NCBI RefSeq assembly: GCF_029504745.1
Contig: NZ_JAQFIQ010000060.1
Location: 1 to 11,495 of the forward strand
Source: Breznakia sp. PF5-3
Lineage (GTDB): Bacteria > Bacillota_I > Bacilli_A > Erysipelotrichales > Erysipelotrichaceae
Direction of reading: 5' to 3'
DNA: 11,495 nt
Position numbers and translations under genes: made by a program. How positions within the stretch are numbered: position 1 is the first letter of the stretch; each line of letters starts with the position of its first letter. A model generated the notes under the pieces. The model saw nothing but the letters and a program-made list of their open reading frames with translations. It had not been told where the DNA came from and searched no databases. Positions 6,916-11,495 of this stretch are shown here, one piece after another.

Positions 6916-6935
6916 AAGACAATTGACATTGTCTT
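6916..6935. terminator. Bidirectional terminator shared by the convergent HTH and MutS-like genes
   Basis: AAGACAAT(6916-6923) tgac ATTGTCTT(6928-6935). On the plus strand it is followed by ATTTTTTTT, on the minus strand by GTTTTTA. The right arm overlaps the MutS-like stop codon (6934-6936). The stem is AT-rich. Confidence 0.65.
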
Positions 6936-8727
6936 ATTTTTTTATGATTCCTACCATCTCTAATAGATATTTAGCATTTGTTGTCGTAGCCATACCTTTT
7001 TTTATTTTATAATCAAAAAATATTTTTTCATCTTTATATGTCTCTGAAAAATGATAATTTTTACTGTGGATATCTTGATCGTTTTCTAAATCACAGAGTT
7101 CAAAATCATGTGTCGTTACACAGGTGATACTATGATCATTTGATAATTGACGTATTGTTTCGGTTGCCCCGAGAATACGATCTTTTGAATTCGTTCCTTT
7201 AAATATTTCATCAATTAATGCCAACATTGGCTTACCGGTATGGTTGAATTCAATAATCTCTTTTATTCTCAATAATTCAGCATAGAAAGTAGATATTCCT
7301 TCACTGACATCATCCTCAATGCGCATGGATGTAAACAATTGCATAAGTGAGATTTTATAAGAATTAGCTACAACTGGTGCTCCAGCATATGCCAATACTG
7401 CATTAAGTCCAATAGTACGTAAAAAGGTTGTTTTTCCAGACATATTAGACCCTGTGATTACACAAGATTCATGAAATACTTTGAAGTCATTATCAATTGC
7501 ATCTTGTTCATTGATAAGCGGATGACTTACCGCCTTCATATCAAGTTCACAAGAACCATCTATAACTTCTGGGAAACAATATTCATCTTTTACCTTAGCG
7601 ATTGTAGACAAGCTCAAAATAGCTTCTATCTCAGCTAATGATGAAAACCATGTAGGCAATTGGCTTGCATACCTCATATGCCATCCTGCTACTTTTTCAA
7701 CACAATGAAAATCCCACAAAAACAATCCACTTACTAAAATATAAGCTAAGATATTTTTACGCATTTTCAAAAGATCACTCACTTTTGATAATTCCTTAAT
7801 TCCTTTGGTAGCACCTTTTTCACCATTCCATGTTTGTTGCAAAGAAAGTAAATATGGATCTTCAAACATTTCATTTTCAAGGGTAGCAAATATTTTTTCA
7901 TAAATTGACAAACTTTCTTGCAATGCAAATACAGGTTGTAAGATAGGATTATTTTTCCCATGAAAAGCAAACGTTAAAATTAATTGCAAAACAAAAACCA
8001 CCTCTATTACAACCATAAAAAGAACATTACTAAACAGAATAAAACAAAGAATAGCACCCATCAAAATAGCAGGTAAAATCCACTTTAAATACTTCATAAT
8101 AGAATTATTATTTCCTGCTGTTGTAGTTAACTCTTGAAACGCATCAAAAATTTTATTACTCTTCATTGTCTTATTCGCTAAACAACCCAAAGTTTCTAAA
8201 TGAATACCAAAATCAACTTTATCAACACATTCGCTAACTGCTGCTTGACGTTTGTTAATAACCTCAGCTCTTTTAGGCATTGCCGTTAGCCAATTAGCCA
8301 ATTGCTTTTTTCCATCCTCACTAAACGCTACATTTATATACTGATATAAAGAAGCCTTTCCAAAAATATCCAAATCATATCCTGGAGGATATTTTTCATC
8401 CAAATACACTTCTCCATTTTCAATAAAATTTTTCCATCCATTTTGCATACGTTCCATATACCTTTGAAGTACTTCTAACCTCGTCTTCGCATATTGAATA
8501 TCATATTTAATAACATCATGCTTCTTTACAAGCCATAGAAAAACTAGCAATCCAATGGCAGCACCTATATATCCCAAATAATGATACTCCATTCCGACAT
8601 ACAAAAAAAACAAAACAAATAAAAAGTCAAGCATTCGTATAGAAGATAACTTTTTCGATTCCGTTTCTAACTTCGTTAATTTTAATTCTATTGCTTTGCT
8701 TTCATCTTGATATTTGTTTTGTTTCAT
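6934..8727 (-). CDS. Membrane-embedded MutS-family ATPase (MutS core/domain III-like plus domain V), with no mismatch-recognition or Smr domain
   Basis: ORF track gives 6934..8757. I trimmed the start to ATG 8727 (MKQNKYQ...) because AAGAGGAA (8731..8738 on minus) precedes it and nothing SD-like precedes 8757. Motifs: Walker A GSNMSGKTT (7426..7452), Walker B MLALIDEIFKGT, TTHD, and the MutS core-like motif LDIFGKASLYQYINVAFSEDGKKQLANWL. Hydrophobic helix pairs lie at track residues about 42-77 (8527..8634) and about 224-266 (7960..8088), with another stretch at about 337-349. Confidence 0.8.
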   Translation of the reverse strand: MKQNKYQDESKAIELKLTKLETESKKLSSIRMLDFLFVLFFLYVGMEYHYLGYIGAAIGLLVFLWLVKKHDVIKYDIQYAKTRLEVLQRYMERMQNGWKNFIENGEVYLDEKYPPGYDLDIFGKASLYQYINVAFSEDGKKQLANWLTAMPKRAEVINKRQAAVSECVDKVDFGIHLETLGCLANKTMKSNKIFDAFQELTTTAGNNNSIMKYLKWILPAILMGAILCFILFSNVLFMVVIEVVFVLQLILTFAFHGKNNPILQPVFALQESLSIYEKIFATLENEMFEDPYLLSLQQTWNGEKGATKGIKELSKVSDLLKMRKNILAYILVSGLFLWDFHCVEKVAGWHMRYASQLPTWFSSLAEIEAILSLSTIAKVKDEYCFPEVIDGSCELDMKAVSHPLINEQDAIDNDFKVFHESCVITGSNMSGKTTFLRTIGLNAVLAYAGAPVVANSYKISLMQLFTSMRIEDDVSEGISTFYAELLRIKEIIEFNHTGKPMLALIDEIFKGTNSKDRILGATETIRQLSNDHSITCVTTHDFELCDLENDQDIHSKNYHFSETYKDEKIFFDYKIKKGMATTTNAKYLLEMVGIIKK

Positions 8728-8784
8728 AAGTTCCTCTTTCCTAGCATATTGTATCATAATAAAAAATTAAAATTTATATATTTC

Positions 8785-9159
8785 CTAATGTATAACTGCA
8801 ACAATCCAAAAACAAATAGCTGTAATAAATGATAAAGGGGTCATAACATATTTTTCTTTCTTACTATCAGAACAGAAATTCATAATTGTATTTATTGATA
8901 AATATATCGCAAAGAAGAAACACGATCCATTTGCTACCATCTCTGGAAGACCTATTGAAAAAAGCTTACCAACTTGTAGAATTGACAAAATTGCAAACCC
9001 TTGTATCACAAATGAAATACCACTCATAATTCGCATTTTAAATGGTAATACACGATACTTTCCACCTAATGTAAATTCACCAAGTGGTGCACCTAATGTA
9101 ACCAATAAAGTCAACAGTGCAATACCACCAAAGATAATTGCTCCAATAATTGCTGCCAT
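8785..9159 (-). CDS. Small hypothetical integral membrane protein (about 4 TM helices)
   Basis: GGAGGG SD (9165..9170 on minus) lies 5 nt from the ATG at 9159. The 124 aa are almost entirely hydrophobic (AIIGAIIFGGIALLTLLVTL, ISFVIQGFAILSIL, SCFFFAIYLSINTIM, LSFITAICFWIVAVI). There is no terminator before the MutS-like gene, so co-transcription is likely. I do not recognise the family. Confidence 0.6.
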   Translation of the reverse strand: MAAIIGAIIFGGIALLTLLVTLGAPLGEFTLGGKYRVLPFKMRIMSGISFVIQGFAILSILQVGKLFSIGLPEMVANGSCFFFAIYLSINTIMNFCSDSKKEKYVMTPLSFITAICFWIVAVIH

Positions 9160-9211
9160 ATATACCCTCCATATATTCTATTGTTTTAGTTTATCAAATA
9201 TAATCAAAAAA

Positions 9212-9241
9212 ATATAGCCTTACTATAAAGTAAGACTATAT
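9212..9241 (-). terminator. Rho-independent terminator ending the ABC transporter operon
   Basis: ATATAGCCTTACT(9212-9224) ataa AGTAAGACTATAT(9229-9241) forms a 13-bp stem with one mismatch. On the minus strand it is followed by TTTTTTG (A-run 9206-9211). It starts 12 nt after the stop at 9253-9255. Confidence 0.7.
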
Positions 9242-9252
9242 TAAAGTATATT

Positions 9253-10008
9253 TTATTCACCAAACCATTTTTTAATCAGTTCGTCTAATTCACCATCTTT
9301 TTTCATTTGTTTGATTGCTTTATCAAAATCCGCTTTGATTTTTGAACCTTTTTTAAAGGCAATCGCATTACCTGCAAGATCTGCCCCTTCTTCTAATACA
9401 TAATATTCAAGGTTGTCATTTTTTTGCATCAGCTCTGTAGCAACTGCTTTTTCCACAATCATCAAATCAATTACATCATTTTCCAATTCTTGTGCTAATG
9501 ATGTATAATCTTTTAACTTTTCAAATGTTAAATCATAATCATCTGCAATCGCATCAACAACCGTTTCTTGAACTGTACCCATTTGAATACCAACCTTTTT
9601 CCCTTTTATATCCGCTGTTGTTTTTAATCCACTATCCTTTTTCACCAATACTACATTTTGCATTTCTTCTGATGTATAGTATAGCTCTGAGAAATCAACT
9701 TGTTTTGATCTATCTGATGTAGGTGTCATACCTGCAATTGCAGCTTGTCCTTTGTCTGTTTTAATAGAATCAATAATCGCATCAAAGTCAATATCTTCCC
9801 ATTTGATTTCATACCCAGCAATTTCAGCAGCCCGATTCATCACATCGATATCAAACCCATATAAATCTCCATTTTCATCAACCATTTCATATGGTGGGTA
9901 TCCTGAGTTTGTAAATACTGTAATCGTTTTATCATCCCCAGAATCAGACTCTCCACAACCTACTAATAACAATCCACACACTAACATTAAACTTAATATT
10001 TTTTTCAT
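9253..10008 (-). CDS. Polar amino acid ABC transporter substrate-binding lipoprotein (SBP family 3)
   Basis: MKKILSLMLVCGLLLVG-C gives a lipobox. GGAGGAG SD (10015..10021 on minus) lies 6 nt from the ATG. The sequence is typical of glutamine/cystine/arginine-type binding proteins (GYPPYE, GFDID, AIAGMT, DF...Y). Substrate cannot be assigned from the sequence. Confidence 0.85.
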   Translation of the reverse strand: MKKILSLMLVCGLLLVGCGESDSGDDKTITVFTNSGYPPYEMVDENGDLYGFDIDVMNRAAEIAGYEIKWEDIDFDAIIDSIKTDKGQAAIAGMTPTSDRSKQVDFSELYYTSEEMQNVVLVKKDSGLKTTADIKGKKVGIQMGTVQETVVDAIADDYDLTFEKLKDYTSLAQELENDVIDLMIVEKAVATELMQKNDNLEYYVLEEGADLAGNAIAFKKGSKIKADFDKAIKQMKKDGELDELIKKWFGE

Positions 10009-10023
10009 TTCTTTCTCCTCCTG

Positions 10024-10749
10024 TTATATCATATTCGCCAAAAAGGCTTTCGCTCTTTCACTTTTTGGATTTTGGAAAAACTCTTTCGCTGGGCTACATT
10101 CTTCAATTCTTCCTTTATCCATATAGATTACATAATCTGCAACTTCTTTTGCAAAGTTCATTTCGTGGGTTACAACAATCATCGTCATTCCCGTATGATT
10201 CAAACTTTGTAGTACTCGCAATACATCACTTGTCATTTCAGGATCCAAAGCACTTGTTGGTTCATCAAACAAAAGTACTTCAGGGTCCATTGCCAATGCT
10301 CTAGCAATTGCACAACGTTGTTTTTCCCCACCACTCAATTGATGAGGATACGCATCTGCTCGATGATCCATACCTACTTTTTTCAAGAGTGACATCGCTA
10401 CTTCATCAGCTGATGCCTCATCCATCTTTTTCACCTTGCGCAACGCATACGTAATATTTTTCAATACTTTCATATGCTCAAATAAATTAAAATTTTGAAA
10501 TACCATTCCCATTTTTTCACGAACTTTTGTTAAATCTGTTTTGGGTGCATTTACTTCAATATCATTAAAGTAAATCTTTCCACTTGTAGGTTCTTCTAAC
10601 ATATTTAAACATCGAATAAACGTAGATTTCCCACCGCCACTAGATCCAATAATCGCATACGTCTTTCCATCTTCAAAGACAAAGTTGATGTCAAATAGAA
10701 CTTTTACGCTCTCACTATAATTTTTATATAAATGCTCTACTTTAATCAT
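10024..10749 (-). CDS. Amino acid ABC transporter ATP-binding protein
   Basis: Walker [11 protein letters not shown]-loop, signature [15 protein letters not shown], Walker [13 protein letters not shown]-loop VVTHEM. The start overlaps the permease stop by 8 nt (ATGATTAA at 10742..10749), which indicates translational coupling. Confidence 0.9.
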   Translation of the reverse strand: MIKVEHLYKNYSESVKVLFDINFVFEDGKTYAIIGSSGGGKSTFIRCLNMLEEPTSGKIYFNDIEVNAPKTDLTKVREKMGMVFQNFNLFEHMKVLKNITYALRKVKKMDEASADEVAMSLLKKVGMDHRADAYPHQLSGGEKQRCAIARALAMDPEVLLFDEPTSALDPEMTSDVLRVLQSLNHTGMTMIVVTHEMNFAKEVADYVIYMDKGRIEECSPAKEFFQNPKSERAKAFLANMI

Positions 10750-11398
10750 ACTTTAACCTCTTTTCTATCGCTTTTCCAATAAAACTCAAGATTTTATTCA
10801 TTACATAATATGCTACAAACACAATAAGCAACGGTTCAAATGTGTTATATATAGAATTTTTCACTGTTTGAAATTTATACATCATATCCGCTACACCAAC
10901 GATTGAAACTACGGAAGTTTCCTTTGTCAATGTTATAAACTCATTGATTACTGCAGGTAATACTTTTCGAAATGCTTGAGGAATAATAATATCTTTTGCA
11001 ATGTCTTTATTCCCTACTCCTAGAGCTCTCGCTGCTTCAATTTGTCCCTTATCGATTCCATCTACACCAGCACGCATGATTTCCGCAAGATACGCTCCAG
11101 AATTAAGCGAGAAAATCAAGATACAACTAAATATTTTACCAATTACCAAACCTTTAAATAGACTTGGAATTCCAAAATAGAAAAAATACAATTGCACATA
11201 TACAGGGGTTCCTCTAAAAATATCAATATATGCTTCTGTAATCCATTTCGTAACTTTTGTCCATCGTCGCAATAAAACACTTACCAACCCAATCACTGTT
11301 CCAAAAAATGCTGCAACAAGTGAAATCAATAATATAACTGGTATTCCTGATAGTATATATTGCCAAAACTTTTCAATGATTTCAATATTGAAATTCAT
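10742..11398 (-). CDS. Amino acid ABC transporter permease (HisM/Q-type)
   Basis: 218 aa with multiple TM helices and the EAA-loop region [44 protein letters not shown] weak AGGAA SD precedes the ATG at 11398. Confidence 0.9.
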   Translation of the reverse strand: MNFNIEIIEKFWQYILSGIPVILLISLVAAFFGTVIGLVSVLLRRWTKVTKWITEAYIDIFRGTPVYVQLYFFYFGIPSLFKGLVIGKIFSCILIFSLNSGAYLAEIMRAGVDGIDKGQIEAARALGVGNKDIAKDIIIPQAFRKVLPAVINEFITLTKETSVVSIVGVADMMYKFQTVKNSIYNTFEPLLIVFVAYYVMNKILSFIGKAIEKRLKYD

Positions 11399-11409
11399 AC
11401 ATTTCCTGG

Positions 11410-11444
11410 TATATTAGAAATGACTTATCTAAGTCTCTAATATA
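11410..11444. promoter_or_regulatory. 35-bp interrupted palindrome in the ABC operon leader; candidate operator or 5'-UTR stem-loop
   Basis: TATATTAGA(11410-11418) pairs with TCTAATATA(11436-11444), and GACTTA(11422-11427) pairs with TAAGTC(11430-11435), with a 3-nt bulge (AAT). It ends 11 nt upstream of the permease ATG, abutting the AGGAA SD. No T-run follows it on the minus strand, so it is not a classic terminator. Confidence 0.3.
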
Positions 11445-11495
11445 CACTCCTTTCTTTCTTAAATTTATTCATAATTTTTGTTAGAATTGAATCGT

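Noticed and set aside
7779-7970. ORF 7779..7970 (-) inside the MutS-like gene
   Set aside because: It is an alternative frame of the same strand within a well-supported CDS, with no SD.
9492-10304. Plus-strand ORFs 9492..9722, 9752..10126 and 10065..10304
   Set aside because: They are antisense to the ABC binding-protein and ATPase genes, which carry canonical motifs. They are shadow ORFs.
1-11495. Search for CRISPR arrays, tRNA/rRNA genes, long direct or inverted nucleotide repeats, and IS termini
   Set aside because: I found none by eye. The intergenic regions are all at most about 250 nt and are accounted for by promoters, SD sites and terminators. The only repetition is at the protein-domain level inside the GH32 gene.

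Overview
AT-rich, Bacillota-style sequence with strong GGAGG Shine-Dalgarno sites, lipoboxes and hairpin+T-run terminators. There are ten coding regions, nine on the minus strand, in three blocks. (1) 1-4790: a stand-alone secreted, probably wall-anchored GH32 fructan beta-fructosidase of 1449 aa with many accessory modules. It is bracketed by terminators, and the first 37 codons of a transposase-like HTH gene sit at the window edge. (2) 4790-9159: a non-metabolic five-gene block. It holds a DUF4352-like Ig-fold lipoprotein, an atypical membrane-tailed Hanks Ser/Thr kinase (no glycine loop, DFD instead of DFG, probably leaderless mRNA) and a divergent XRE-type HTH protein. Convergent to the HTH gene are a small 4-TM protein and a membrane-embedded MutS-family (domain III+V) ATPase with no mismatch-binding or nuclease domain. 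I do not recognise this block as any named system. It is the best candidate for undescribed biology here, but its function is inference only. (3) 9253-11398: an ordinary polar-amino-acid ABC importer operon (permease, ATPase, lipoprotein binding protein) with a 35-bp interrupted palindrome in its leader. I saw no rRNA, tRNA, CRISPR array or long nucleotide repeats.
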